A stretch of 64,000 bases of DNA from Spirochaetia bacterium (lineage in GTDB: Bacteria; Spirochaetota; Spirochaetia; B11-G9), in assembly GCA_027859095.1 (NCBI GenBank), contig JAQIBN010000006.1, forward strand, positions 18,008 to 82,007. Reading direction: 5' to 3'. The translations under genes and the position numbers were made by a program. The notes beneath the pieces are model-generated. The model saw nothing but the letters and a program-made list of their open reading frames with translations, was not told the DNA's origin and ran no database searches. Position 1 is the first letter of the stretch. Each line of letters starts with the position of its first letter. This document shows positions 30,849-41,203 of the stretch, one piece after another.

Positions 30849-31604
30849 TTGAATATAAGCCTTTCAGAACGTGAAAAGAAAATACTTGATATCCTTACAG
30901 AAGATCAAAATCAAACAGTAAACTCCTTAAGTAAGGTATTTAATGTCTCCACCGTAACTATTAGAAGTGATCTGGGTTCATTGGAAGAAAAAGGTCTTAT
31001 AGTCCGTATGAGAGGTGGAGCCTTTCCAGCCTATCATCCAGCCATACTTGAAGGGCAGAAAAAGATGAGGGCTGAAAAAGAAAGAATAGCAAAAGCTGCT
31101 GCTGCAATGATAGAAGATGGTGATACTGTAATGATAAATGATGGTAGCACCTCTTCTCTAATACCAAGATATCTGCTGGGTAAAAGAGATATACACATTG
31201 TTACAAATTCTACCCTTGTATTTACCTATGCCAGAATAAACCCGGCTCTGAATTTAACCCTTGTAGGTGGTGAGTTCAGACCGTCAACTGAGGCAATAGT
31301 AGGACCTATGGCACTCCGGGATATTAAAGATTATCATGTGAAATATGCTTTTCTGGGTACAGGTGGATTTTCTCTCGAGACTGGCCTTACAACACACCTT
31401 GCAGAGGGAGCAGAGATCTTCAAAAAAATGACAGAACAGGCAGAGCAGGTTATTACTGTTACCGATTCCAGTAAGTATGGGAAAAATGGTTTTGTAAAAA
31501 TATTCCCCCTGGCCCGTATGGATAAAATAATTACAGATACGAGATTAGATAATGATATCTATGAGAAATTGATTGAATCCGGTTTAAGTGTTGAACTGGT
31601 ATAA
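30849..31604 (+). CDS. DeoR/GlpR-family transcriptional repressor.
   Basis: It has an N-terminal HTH (ILDILTEDQNQTVNSLSKVFNVSTVTIRSDL) and a C-terminal DeoR sugar-binding domain. Confidence 0.8.
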   Translation: MNISLSEREKKILDILTEDQNQTVNSLSKVFNVSTVTIRSDLGSLEEKGLIVRMRGGAFPAYHPAILEGQKKMRAEKERIAKAAAAMIEDGDTVMINDGSTSSLIPRYLLGKRDIHIVTNSTLVFTYARINPALNLTLVGGEFRPSTEAIVGPMALRDIKDYHVKYAFLGTGGFSLETGLTTHLAEGAEIFKKMTEQAEQVITVTDSSKYGKNGFVKIFPLARMDKIITDTRLDNDIYEKLIESGLSVELV

Positions 31605-31621
31605 ATAAATCTCACAACTGC

Positions 31622-33130
31622 TTGCAAGGAGATAAAATGGATTACGCAATAGCTGTTCTTGATATAGGGAAAACCAATAAAAAACTGGTTATTTTTGATG
31701 AGAGTCTTAATCAAATTGATTCAATCTATTCTTCATTTCCTACAATCAAATTTAATGAACTGGATGTAGAGGACATTAATGGTATTGATTCCTGGTTTTT
31801 AGAGGGATTAAAAAAGATGGGTTCAAAATATCCTATAAAAGTGATTTCTGTAACCACCCATGGTGCAACCGGGGTATGTATTGATAAAAATGGAAAGCCT
31901 TCTGTTCCTGTTGTAGCATATACAAATGAAGTTGACGAAGCTTTCCACGATGAATTCTATAATGTTGTAGGGGCAAAGGATGAACTCCAGGTAAAAACTG
32001 CTACAGCAGAAGTAAAACCACTTATAAACTTTGCAAAATTACTCTACTTTTTAAAAAAACAATTCCCAATAGATTTTGAAAAAACAGAGAGCATACTGCT
32101 CTATCCCCAGTACTTCAGCTATATGCTAACAGGAAAAATATCTGCGGACTTTACCTATGCAGGTTGCCATAGCTATTTATGGGATTTCAAAGAATGGCGT
32201 TGGTCAGATGTTGCGGATAAACTGGGAATACTTTCTAAACTCCCTGCAAATGTAAACAGACCTGGAGATATTCTGGGAAAGATTTCAAATGTAATTGTAA
32301 AAAAAACAGGCCTAAATCCTGATACTATTGTAACAACAGGAATACACGACTCCAATTCATCACTCCTGCCATACCTGATAAATGGAGAAGAAAAATTTAT
32401 CCTTAACTCTACTGGTACATGGTGTGTAGTAATGCACCCCACCAAAGAACTCTCATTTACCAAAGAAGAGCTTGGGAAAATGGTCTTCTATAATATTTCC
32501 GCTAATAGAGATCTGGTTAAAACAGCTATTTTTATGGGGGGCCTGGAATTTGAAACCTATACAGATATCCTGAAAAAACTTCATAACAGATATGATTATC
32601 CAGAACTGGATATAAAGACAACAGAACAAATATTATTCGATAGAAAAAACTTTATACTGCCTGGAGTTGTCAAAGGAGCAGGCCAGTTTCCAGATTCTGA
32701 ACCAAGAATATTTGAAAATAACAGAGTTTACCATCTATCAGAACTGCAAAACGAAGATCACTTCCCTGAATTCTTTAATAATTATGAAAAAGCCTATCAT
32801 ATACTGGTTCTGTCACTTGTCATACAAACTAAAGTTGCGATAGAAAGAGTAAATGCTCCTTCAAATTCACCAATATATATCGAAGGGGGATTCCGGCATA
32901 ACAAGAGTTATATAAAACTAATTGCATCTATCTTTCCAAATAATCCTGTATATATTACAAATGTTTCTGAAGCAACCTCATTTGGAGCAGCACTTCTGGG
33001 AAAGGGCGCATATGAGGGAAAAGAAAATATGGAATTAAAGGAATTTGTAAATATTGATTCAAGGAGAATTGAGTCGGTCAAAATTGATGGTTTTAAGGGA
33101 TATTTTGATACATTTTTAAATAGATTATAA
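31622..33130 (+). CDS. rhaB: FGGY-family sugar kinase, rhamnulokinase-like.
   Basis: It has FGGY N- and C-terminal domains, and YPQYFSYMLTGK matches the RhaB-type DYFSYRLTGK region. It sits in the rhamnose locus. Confidence 0.65.
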   Translation: MQGDKMDYAIAVLDIGKTNKKLVIFDESLNQIDSIYSSFPTIKFNELDVEDINGIDSWFLEGLKKMGSKYPIKVISVTTHGATGVCIDKNGKPSVPVVAYTNEVDEAFHDEFYNVVGAKDELQVKTATAEVKPLINFAKLLYFLKKQFPIDFEKTESILLYPQYFSYMLTGKISADFTYAGCHSYLWDFKEWRWSDVADKLGILSKLPANVNRPGDILGKISNVIVKKTGLNPDTIVTTGIHDSNSSLLPYLINGEEKFILNSTGTWCVVMHPTKELSFTKEELGKMVFYNISANRDLVKTAIFMGGLEFETYTDILKKLHNRYDYPELDIKTTEQILFDRKNFILPGVVKGAGQFPDSEPRIFENNRVYHLSELQNEDHFPEFFNNYEKAYHILVLSLVIQTKVAIERVNAPSNSPIYIEGGFRHNKSYIKLIASIFPNNPVYITNVSEATSFGAALLGKGAYEGKENMELKEFVNIDSRRIESVKIDGFKGYFDTFLNRL

Positions 33131-33205
33131 CCGTTTTGTAACTAAAGCATTAAAGTTAATTATGTTATGTAATTATTTTGCAAATAAGTGGACATTACCA
33201 ACACA

Positions 33206-33231
33206 AAGTATTACTATTACAAGTAATACTT
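33206..33231. promoter_or_regulatory. Perfect 10-bp inverted repeat. Candidate VapB autoregulatory operator.
   Basis: AAGTATTACT-ATTAC-AAGTAATACTT lies about 20 nt upstream of the vapB ribosome-binding site. Confidence 0.4.
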
Positions 33232-33249
33232 ATAACCGGAGGTAGCATT

Positions 33250-33477
33250 ATGAGAGTTACTACAAAAGGTCAGGTAACTATTCCTCAGCATATTCGAGAT
33301 AAACTTATAATAACTCCATCTACAGAAGTAGATTTTGTTGAGGAAAATAACCGTGTATACATAGTTAAAAGAAAGAATACAGAAAATGACAAAAGTATAT
33401 TTCGAAATTTAAGAGGAATATCTACAGTTAAAATGACCACAGAAGAAATTATGGCTTTAACCAGAGGAGAGAATTGA
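33250..33477 (+). CDS. AbrB/MazE-type antitoxin (VapB-like).
   Basis: MRVTTKGQVTIPQHIRDKL is a SpoVT/AbrB swapped-hairpin motif, and a GGAGG ribosome-binding site precedes it. It overlaps the PIN gene by 4 nt. Confidence 0.7.
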   Translation: MRVTTKGQVTIPQHIRDKLIITPSTEVDFVEENNRVYIVKRKNTENDKSIFRNLRGISTVKMTTEEIMALTRGEN

Positions 33478-33881
33478 TAGGCGTCCTGATCGACTCAAAT
33501 ATTATTTTAGATATTTTTCAAGATGATCCAATATGGGCTGACTGGTCTGAATCAATTTTAACAAAATACAGCTCCATAAATAAACTTTATATAAATCATA
33601 TAATATATACAGAAATCTCTGTTGGATTTGATAGAATAGAGGACTTAGAATTTGCACTTACCAAAGGAGGATTCCATATATTGGACATGCCAAAAGAAGC
33701 TCTCTTCCTGGCTGGAAAAGCTTTTCTAAAATATAGAAAATCTGGTATTGGTACAAAAAGATCTCCCCTACCTGATTTCTTCATTGGTGCTCAAGCTGCA
33801 GTACTTGGGCTGGAACTAATTACCAGGGATATATCTCGATATCGTACTTATTTTCCTTCTGTGAAGTTAATTAGCCCCTAA
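33474..33881 (+). CDS. vapC: PIN-domain toxin VapC.
   Basis: The MIGVLIDSNIILD start and the PIN acidic residues are present. It shows classic ATGA overlap with the antitoxin. Confidence 0.8.
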   Translation: MIGVLIDSNIILDIFQDDPIWADWSESILTKYSSINKLYINHIIYTEISVGFDRIEDLEFALTKGGFHILDMPKEALFLAGKAFLKYRKSGIGTKRSPLPDFFIGAQAAVLGLELITRDISRYRTYFPSVKLISP

Positions 33882-34572
33882 AATCAATCTTTTTAATTAT
33901 TTCCTTTACTACCTCTTTATAATTCTTAAGAGCCTCTTTGCCTGCAGGGTTCAATGTGTATATTCCCCTGCTGACTTTATCAAACCATCCATAGATATTT
34001 CCGGAAAGTATCTGTTGGGTTTTCACTCCACCTCCTAATTTTACAATAGAGATTGGAGACATATTCCCATTTTTATTTAATAACCATGCACAAATTAAGG
34101 CTTGTTGTTTATAAGCACTTATTCGTTGATCTCTGGTAGCACTGCCTGCCTTATTAAACTCCGAATATCTCCCATCAATTTCCCTGATTATAGCAGTTCG
34201 TCTTTTTGATGCTTTTCTTGGATTAAATTTACCTGGGTGAGAGATAACTTCCACCCTGGTTTTAGTTTTTAAAAACCTAACCAATATTAACCCAACTTCC
34301 AAACGGTATAATAATTTTTTAACTTCTTTTAATTTTGGAATACTTTTTTTCCCGGGCAAAACCGGAACTGCAACATAAACTGATTCTGTCAGATTTTTTC
34401 TGTTTACAGCCTGATAAACAAGATCCAGAGAAAATCTGGTTTTTAATTCAATAATGAGTAGTTCATCATCTTTACGAGCAACAATATCACAGTTTTTTAC
34501 TTCGCAGGAAACAGTGTAACCTTGCTTTCCCAACCAGAGACTCAAAGGCTCAGACAGTTCAGTTTCTTTCAT
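33871..34572 (-). CDS. PD-(D/E)xK nuclease-fold protein with a C-terminal winged helix (DUF2161-like).
   Basis: CDIVARKDDELLIIELK supplies the D...ELK catalytic-core motif. It is sandwiched between two TA modules. Confidence 0.45.
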   Translation of the reverse strand: MKETELSEPLSLWLGKQGYTVSCEVKNCDIVARKDDELLIIELKTRFSLDLVYQAVNRKNLTESVYVAVPVLPGKKSIPKLKEVKKLLYRLEVGLILVRFLKTKTRVEVISHPGKFNPRKASKRRTAIIREIDGRYSEFNKAGSATRDQRISAYKQQALICAWLLNKNGNMSPISIVKLGGGVKTQQILSGNIYGWFDKVSRGIYTLNPAGKEALKNYKEVVKEIIKKIDFRG

Positions 34573-34575
34573 AAT

Positions 34576-34977
34576 TCAATTTATAGAAAAAGGATTTACT
34601 ACAGCTATACCAAAATGCTGAAAATCTTTTATATTTCGGGTAGCAAGAATTAAACCATAATCGTGTGCTGTTGCTGCAATTAACGAATCTGCCATGGTGA
34701 CAATTTTCCCGGATTCTGCCAGATTTCCCCGTTTCTCACCACTCCAGAAAGAAATCTTATCTGTAATTTCCAGCACTGTAGCCTTATCTGCTGAAAACTG
34801 CTTAAACCAGGTTAACTTTTGAATTAGATTTTTCCTGGAAAGACCATAATATATTTCTTCTATGGTAATAACACTAAAAAATATTTCTTCCTGCCTGGAA
34901 AACCACTCAACAACACCTTTGTTTGGTGCCTTTTTCATAATTTCACTTATAATATTGGTATCAACTAAATACTGCAT
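34576..34977 (-). CDS. vapC: PIN-domain toxin VapC (second copy).
   Basis: MQYLVDTNIISE...ATRNIKDF is a PIN fold. The start is 1 nt after the antitoxin stop. Confidence 0.8.
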   Translation of the reverse strand: MQYLVDTNIISEIMKKAPNKGVVEWFSRQEEIFFSVITIEEIYYGLSRKNLIQKLTWFKQFSADKATVLEITDKISFWSGEKRGNLAESGKIVTMADSLIAATAHDYGLILATRNIKDFQHFGIAVVNPFSIN

Positions 34978-34978
34978 A

Positions 34979-35243
34979 TTATTCCCAGTCTGGTTGTTCT
35001 CTATCAACACGTTCTATTTCGGTCATCTCTCCTTCTATCTCATTGATAGATTTAAGCTCATATAACCAATTTTCAAGTGATTTTTTTTCATGTAAAGTTT
35101 TCGAGTTTAGATAATCCTCATAGGATATAACAACACCAACAGGGTTCCCTCTGCGTATCACTAATTGAGGTTCTATTTTCACAGCATCAATTATTTGAGA
35201 GAAATGTTGTTTCGCCTTTGTTGCCTGCCAGGTTTTCATCATA
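34979..35243 (-). CDS. Phd/YefM-family antitoxin.
   Basis: MMKTWQATKAKQHFSQIIDAV is a Phd/YefM N-terminus. An AGGAGG ribosome-binding site lies 4 nt upstream of the ATGATG start. Confidence 0.7.
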
Positions 35244-35250
35244 AACCTCC

Positions 35251-35277
35251 TGATCATTTATATTGATCATATGATCA
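35251..35277. promoter_or_regulatory. Three TGATCA palindromes. Candidate Phd operator.
   Basis: TGATCAtttatatTGATCAtaTGATCA lies immediately upstream of the phd start on the minus strand. Confidence 0.3.
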
Positions 35278-35324
35278 TGTTTTATAACTAATATACCCTA
35301 TTACTTTGAAAAATACAATTATAA

Positions 35325-36473
35325 TTAACCATTCTCTGACAACTTAGCCCTGTACTTCTCTACTTCCCAGGTATTGATAAAATTCACCTTTTCTTCGCTC
35401 ATAAACTTGGGACCACCAAAGTAATGGGATATCCTGATAACCCGTATTGCATCCAGCATTAGCATTCTGGCAGTTTCTGAACCCTTTTTACTGTTTCCAA
35501 GAGAAATAAAACCCTTTCCTAAAATTAAAATGGATTTTGGTTCTTTTCCCCATTTATCAGTAAAATCTATGTAGTCCTTTGCTATTAGTTTAAAAAGCTG
35601 ATCTTCAGATAAATCATCACAAATCAGAGGAGTATGTCCCATATAAACAATATGGTCGGGGCTTAAAGACTGCTTTAGATTTACAATCGTTTCTCTGGAT
35701 TCAAGTAAAGATCTTATCTCTTTGCCAGTTGAGAATAAGGCGTCACCTTTAGAGCCGGCAAGTTTACCCACCTTTTGAAGAAAACTTTCTGATATTGATT
35801 TCTGAGCATCTATTCCAACTGCATCACTATTAGCACATACTTTCTTTAGAGTATTAAAAAGATCTTTATACTTTCTATCAACTTCTTTTGATCCATTACC
35901 CCAAAGAAATACACCATGATTTGCCAGAAAAATATAGTCCGGTAGTTTTTCATAATGGCTATTCATCCACCTGGACATTTCATCATCAATAGTTTTTGCA
36001 AGAATATAACCGGGATCAACAAGTGGAATCCAGATACAATTATCAGGGAAAAGGTTTTCAGCCATTTTTTTTCCATCTTTTGAGCAGGTCATACCATTTA
36101 CAAGTGCAGGATGAGTATGAACAACATATTTGTCCGGAATAATTGCATGGAGTAGAGATTCTACACTTGGCCGCCCTTCCTGCCCGGGAAGACGGGAGTT
36201 CATAAGATCCTGTAATGCCCGTTCTTCCCTCTCTTCTCTTTTATCCGGATACTTTGTAGTACGGATAGTTCTAAGCTTATCCATACTAAGAGTGACAAAA
36301 CCATCTTTGGTAATGCTACCAAGCTCGGTTCCTGATGCCTTTACTGCCATTAATTCATCCGACTTCCAGGAAGTATTCCCTCCCCCGGCAAGGACATAAT
36401 CAGAGTCAGCACCATACTTATGAGAAAGGGAAATAAGTTCTTTCATATTTAATTCAGGTATAAGAGCTTTCAT
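35325..36473 (-). CDS. Class II aldolase/adducin-family protein, likely a rhamnulose-1-phosphate aldolase analogue.
   Basis: It has a class II aldolase N-terminus with the zinc-ligand HTHP motif. It overlaps rhaA by 1 nt. Confidence 0.6.
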   Translation of the reverse strand: MKALIPELNMKELISLSHKYGADSDYVLAGGGNTSWKSDELMAVKASGTELGSITKDGFVTLSMDKLRTIRTTKYPDKREEREERALQDLMNSRLPGQEGRPSVESLLHAIIPDKYVVHTHPALVNGMTCSKDGKKMAENLFPDNCIWIPLVDPGYILAKTIDDEMSRWMNSHYEKLPDYIFLANHGVFLWGNGSKEVDRKYKDLFNTLKKVCANSDAVGIDAQKSISESFLQKVGKLAGSKGDALFSTGKEIRSLLESRETIVNLKQSLSPDHIVYMGHTPLICDDLSEDQLFKLIAKDYIDFTDKWGKEPKSILILGKGFISLGNSKKGSETARMLMLDAIRVIRISHYFGGPKFMSEEKVNFINTWEVEKYRAKLSENG

Positions 36474-37738
36474 TACACCCTCCTGGAAAGAACATCATTC
36501 TCGTATTTCATAACATCATCTATAAGATATTTATCTGTTGGTACACCTGAAGTCTCACAGTAATAGTTCCAAATATCACCTACTGGCATAAGTTTTAATT
36601 CTTCTATTAGTGCAAGCCTTGCAAATGCATTTCCATCTTCATCAAATTTATTCAATACTTGTTGTGGTTCGAGGAGTCCAAGAAGAAGGCCTTTTAATGT
36701 TGATCGGGCGCCAATAGCATATGCCCCAATCCTGTTCATGGTTCCATCAAAAAAGTCCAGACCAATATGGGTTTTTTCCAATTTATCACATCGAATTATC
36801 TCTTCTGTTAAATACCGAACGTCATCGTTAAGAATAACAACATGATCACTGTCCCAACGAACAGGCCGGCTAACATGCAGAAGAAGTTCATCAAAGAAAA
36901 GATACATTGCTGAAAGCTTATCTGCTATTAGTTCTGTGGGGTGAAAATGTCCAAGATCCAGAGTTGCTATTTTATTGTTTTTAAGAGCATAACCCATATA
37001 AAACTCATGAGATCCAACAACAAAAGATTCACTTCCAATACCAAAGAGTTTTGTCTCCACTGCATCCTTCATTTCTTTTGAAGATATATCTTTAAAATAC
37101 ATTTCATCCAGGGAATCTTTTAATATTGAACGATATTTTAATCGATTAACAGGCAGATCCTTCATACCATCAGGAATCCATGTATTTAATATTGATGGAT
37201 CATTCTGAGCCCGCCCCATAGCAGCTGCTATTTTCCTGCTTCTTTTCCCATGTTCAATCCAAAAGTCACGAATACTCTTATCAGGATTGGAAAGTGTAAA
37301 TCCGGAAGCTGCTTTTGGATGAGAGAAAAACGTCCCATTAAAATCTAGTTTTACATTTTTCTTTTTTGACCAGTCCATCCAACCCATAAAATGTTCCGGC
37401 TCTACCTCATCACGGTCTACCTTCTTTCCATTAAACTCACCATAGATGGCATGAAGGCTTAATCTGTGTTTTCCGGGTAACAGAGAATAAGCTTTATCAA
37501 GATCAGCTCGCATCTCTGTAAGATTTCGTGATTTTCCAGGATAATTTCCAGTGACCTGAATACCACCACCTGACAACTCAGCATCTGGAGTCTCAAAGCC
37601 ACCAACATCATCAGTCTGCCAGCAGTGGAGGGATAATGAGATTTTCTTAAGTTTTTCCAGGGCTTTATCTGTATCTACACCAAGTGCAGCATATCTTTCT
37701 TTCGCATTATTATATTGATCTATTATACTCATTTTCAC
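36473..37738 (-). CDS. rhaA: L-rhamnose isomerase.
   Basis: The N-terminus ERYAALGVDTDKALEKLKKISLSLHCWQTDDVGGFE matches RhaA (..VSMHCWQGDDVSGFE), and the length is 421 aa. Confidence 0.9.
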   Translation of the reverse strand: MKMSIIDQYNNAKERYAALGVDTDKALEKLKKISLSLHCWQTDDVGGFETPDAELSGGGIQVTGNYPGKSRNLTEMRADLDKAYSLLPGKHRLSLHAIYGEFNGKKVDRDEVEPEHFMGWMDWSKKKNVKLDFNGTFFSHPKAASGFTLSNPDKSIRDFWIEHGKRSRKIAAAMGRAQNDPSILNTWIPDGMKDLPVNRLKYRSILKDSLDEMYFKDISSKEMKDAVETKLFGIGSESFVVGSHEFYMGYALKNNKIATLDLGHFHPTELIADKLSAMYLFFDELLLHVSRPVRWDSDHVVILNDDVRYLTEEIIRCDKLEKTHIGLDFFDGTMNRIGAYAIGARSTLKGLLLGLLEPQQVLNKFDEDGNAFARLALIEELKLMPVGDIWNYYCETSGVPTDKYLIDDVMKYENDVLSRRV

Positions 37739-37849
37739 TCCAAATAAAAAACTTCATCCATCGATATATTATTGATGATTAATCTAAAATTGTATCCTTC
37801 ATAGTAAGCAGAAATGACCCTTCTTTCTATACTTTTCACCTTTAACCAG

Positions 37850-39040
37850 CTAGGTATAGAAGCTAAACTCGTATGCAGCATCGTAGAGTGCTACAATATT
37901 CTCGGGAGGGACTCCGAACTGAATATTGTGGACATTATTAAAAACGTAAGCACCTCCTGGCTTCAGGAGTTCCAAATTGCTCTGAACCTGGCTTCGAATC
38001 TCTTGCGGTGAAGCGAATGGTAAGGTGTGCTGGGAATCAATACCTCCTCCCCAAAAAACCAACTGTTCACCAAAGTTTTCCTTGAGGCTACCCGGTTCCA
38101 TATCCCTTGCACTAATCTGGACAGGATTCAAAATATCAATTCCATTATCAATAAGATCCGGTATAAACGCTCTACAGGAACCACAGGTGTGATACCAAAT
38201 TTTAGCATTTGTCAGAGATTTAATATGCTGCACAAGTTTTTTCTGCCTGGGTTTCACAGTGTTACGGTAAAATTCAGGCGAAAACAAAGGACCATACTGT
38301 CCAGCCAAATCGTCTCCAATCATCACAACATCCACAAGATCACCAATCTCACTCAGGAACCCGGTTTCGAAATCTAGCCAGTATTGTAATACCTTATCAA
38401 GCAGTATTCCACAAAATGCAGGATTCTCTATTGTATCCATAAACCAGCGTTCAAGACCTCTCATATACCAACAAATCTCATATACAACACCGCTGATTGA
38501 GGTGCATATCCCATAGGGGGTATCCTGTCGAAGCCGCAATGCTTCTTCTCTCAGTCCTGTAAATCTGGTCGGGTCGTTTCCCGAGGGAAAAGGATAGTCT
38601 TCTAAATCGGGAATTGTGGCATCTGCCAAAGGATGATGGCTGATATCCATAAAAAGCTGCTGCTCTTCCGGCATGGACCAGATTACTCCGAACTCATCCT
38701 TCAAATCATTCCAAACCTGACCATTCCGTTCTGTCTTCTCAATCTTCCCGGTATAACTTTCGGGACTATGAGCGCCGATATAGCGTGTGTCAATATGAAA
38801 GCGTTCCAATATCTGTTCGGAGGGTTTAGCAAGCTGCTGTACTGGATCCAATATCTGTATTTCTTCATTCATTCCGAGATATTCAAGAAGTTCAGCATAG
38901 ACCCTTCTGTGAATCCCCGTTTGGAATCCACCTAAATCCAAAGGTATTCGATCAGGAATTTGGTGGTTTAGGGTTTTTTGCAAACGTTCCCGGGAGATAA
39001 GTGTTTCCATTCCTATCATAGATATACCTCTCTGTATCAT
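37850..39040 (-). CDS. Uroporphyrinogen-decarboxylase (URO-D) superfamily protein (MtaA/CmuA-like).
   Basis: It has a URO-D-like TIM barrel. The start is probably the internal Met (METLISRERL). Confidence 0.65.
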   Translation of the reverse strand: MIQRGISMIGMETLISRERLQKTLNHQIPDRIPLDLGGFQTGIHRRVYAELLEYLGMNEEIQILDPVQQLAKPSEQILERFHIDTRYIGAHSPESYTGKIEKTERNGQVWNDLKDEFGVIWSMPEEQQLFMDISHHPLADATIPDLEDYPFPSGNDPTRFTGLREEALRLRQDTPYGICTSISGVVYEICWYMRGLERWFMDTIENPAFCGILLDKVLQYWLDFETGFLSEIGDLVDVVMIGDDLAGQYGPLFSPEFYRNTVKPRQKKLVQHIKSLTNAKIWYHTCGSCRAFIPDLIDNGIDILNPVQISARDMEPGSLKENFGEQLVFWGGGIDSQHTLPFASPQEIRSQVQSNLELLKPGGAYVFNNVHNIQFGVPPENIVALYDAAYEFSFYT

Positions 39041-39050
39041 AAAATCAGAA

Positions 39051-39083
39051 CTGACCGACCAATCAGGATGAAAGGTCGATCAG
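39051..39083 (-). terminator. Intercistronic stem-loop downstream of the SBP gene.
   Basis: CTGACCGACC-13nt-GGTCGATCAG forms a 10-bp stem with one mismatch. Confidence 0.4.
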
Positions 39084-39102
39084 TATCCGGTACATTATTG
39101 AT

Positions 39103-40131
39103 TTAATAAACAGTTTTCCATTCAGCGATATTTGAAGGTTCGAACTTAAATGGAGCACCAAGCATAACCTGAGTACCACCATCTTCAGATTTAATGACTT
39201 CAAAATTACCTAAGCGGCCGGCTGAGAATTTATCACCAGCCTTGCCTGTGATACTACCTTTCGTTGCAGCTGTTGCAGCAAAGGCTGTAAGATAACCAAC
39301 ATCAATCGGATTCCACAGGAACATATATGGACAGGATTTATTTACAATATATTCTGCCATCTCTGAAGGAAGACCAAGACCAGTTACAAATACTTTACCA
39401 ATTAGACCTCGGTCAGTAATGACACGACCAGCTGCTGCAATACCAACAGTGGTTGGAGCAATAACTACCTTAAGGTTGGGGAAGCTCTGTAGAAGGGCTT
39501 CCATTTCACTTACCGATTTATCACGGAGGTCGTCACCATAAGCAGTTCTGACCAGTTTAAGGTTTGCATATTTTCCTGCATTCTCAGCTAATTCCTTTTT
39601 CATCCATTCGATCCAAAGGTTCTGATTGGAAGCCTGGCTGGTAGCTGATAAAATGGCAATGTCCCCATTTCCACCGGCTATGTCGTAAGCAGCCTGTATT
39701 AGTGTACGTCCGATCAGCTCCGGGTCTGCCTGATTAATATGTGTTAATCGGCTTGCAGGATTAACTGCTGAGTCAGCAGACAGAACCTTAACTCCGGCCT
39801 CCATGGCTTTATTAAGAACGGGTTCCAGTGCATCAAAATCATTTCCGGTAATACTAATTGAAGCAACTTTCTGAGTTATAAGTTGTTCAATTATCTGAAT
39901 TTGGGCTTCCGCTGTTGGCTGATCCGGAGCACGGGTAATGGCTTCAAAACCCTGTTCTTCTATACCCTCAGTGAATCCCTGCATTTGCTTATCCCCGTAA
40001 GGATTTCCGGTATTCTTAAAGATAAATGCATGACGTTCCACACTGGATTCCTTAGAACCTCCTGCGAAAAGTGTAGAAATTGGAGCAAGAACAATAAGAA
40101 TTACCAGTAGCACAAACAATGTCTTTTTCAT
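39103..40131 (-). CDS. rhaS: Periplasmic sugar-binding protein (RhaS-type rhamnose ABC SBP, PBP1 fold).
   Basis: It has a signal peptide and a Peripla_BP_4-like sequence, and sits in the rhamnose transporter set. Confidence 0.75.
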   Translation of the reverse strand: MKKTLFVLLVILIVLAPISTLFAGGSKESSVERHAFIFKNTGNPYGDKQMQGFTEGIEEQGFEAITRAPDQPTAEAQIQIIEQLITQKVASISITGNDFDALEPVLNKAMEAGVKVLSADSAVNPASRLTHINQADPELIGRTLIQAAYDIAGGNGDIAILSATSQASNQNLWIEWMKKELAENAGKYANLKLVRTAYGDDLRDKSVSEMEALLQSFPNLKVVIAPTTVGIAAAGRVITDRGLIGKVFVTGLGLPSEMAEYIVNKSCPYMFLWNPIDVGYLTAFAATAATKGSITGKAGDKFSAGRLGNFEVIKSEDGGTQVMLGAPFKFEPSNIAEWKTVY

Positions 40132-40171
40132 AAAGACCTCCTAAAAACATTACTCAGCCTTCATAGCAACG

Positions 40172-41203
40172 CTACACAGCTGAATTTTTCCTGGAAACAG
40201 AAAATCTGATCCTAATCGCCAGGACCGAAAAAATCAGAAGTAAACCTATAACAACAAGTACAACGGGAGCCTGTAAATTTGCCAGCCCCATGCCATAACT
40301 CAAATACCCAATAATATAAACTGCCAGAATCGGCCCAGCAATACGACCGACACCCCCACTGGTGCTTACACCCCCCAATGCCACCATTGCAATGACTTCC
40401 AGCTCATAACCCATAGCAACATTTGGTCTGGTACTGCCCATACGTGATGTAAGAAAAACTGCAGTGACTCCCGACATTAGACCAGCCAGAGTAAAGACAA
40501 TCATCGTTACTCTGTTTACTTTTATTCCAGAGTATTCACAGGTCATTTTATTGAAACCCATCCCTGATACTATACGACCGAAACTTGTCTTATGGAGAAG
40601 CAAACCGAAAATAACAGCCGTAATTATGAAACAGATCACAATAAAAGGAACACCAAGAATGGATCCCCAACCCAGAAATGAAAACCACTTTGGAAAGCCA
40701 CCGGAAGCCTGATCCCCAAGCAGAATGTAGGCGATACCCCTGTATATGATCATTGTGGATAGAGTAATGATTACAAAGGACAGCTCCTTAAACTTAACCA
40801 TCAGTAGGCCGTTGATTGCCCCTCCCAAAGATCCTGTTATAAGACACAGAAGAATGGCCAGAGGCATGGGAAGTCCCATATTATATGAAACAGCCATTAT
40901 AACTGCCGAAACAGCCACAGTAGATGCGACAGAGATGTCGATCCTGCCCAACATAATGACAAACATCATGGGAAAAACTATAAACGCCTTATCCAGGAAG
41001 GTTGCCGGAGTACTGATAAAGGTATTCAATGATAGAAAATATGGAGACAAAAGAGAGTTAATTAGTATTACCAGTAACAGAACTATCACTAAAAGCCACT
41101 CCCATTGGAAGAAAAATCTCTTCCAGCTCCAGGGGCGGTCTATACGGATTTTCAAGTCCTCATTTGGTTTAGTATTCATTCTATTCTCCACAATTTCGCT
41201 CAT
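40172..41203 (-). CDS. rhaQ: Sugar ABC permease (RbsC-like, RhaQ).
   Basis: It has BPD_transp_2 branched-chain/sugar permease topology. Confidence 0.8.
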   Translation of the reverse strand: MSEIVENRMNTKPNEDLKIRIDRPWSWKRFFFQWEWLLVIVLLLVILINSLLSPYFLSLNTFISTPATFLDKAFIVFPMMFVIMLGRIDISVASTVAVSAVIMAVSYNMGLPMPLAILLCLITGSLGGAINGLLMVKFKELSFVIITLSTMIIYRGIAYILLGDQASGGFPKWFSFLGWGSILGVPFIVICFIITAVIFGLLLHKTSFGRIVSGMGFNKMTCEYSGIKVNRVTMIVFTLAGLMSGVTAVFLTSRMGSTRPNVAMGYELEVIAMVALGGVSTSGGVGRIAGPILAVYIIGYLSYGMGLANLQAPVVLVVIGLLLIFSVLAIRIRFSVSRKNSAV

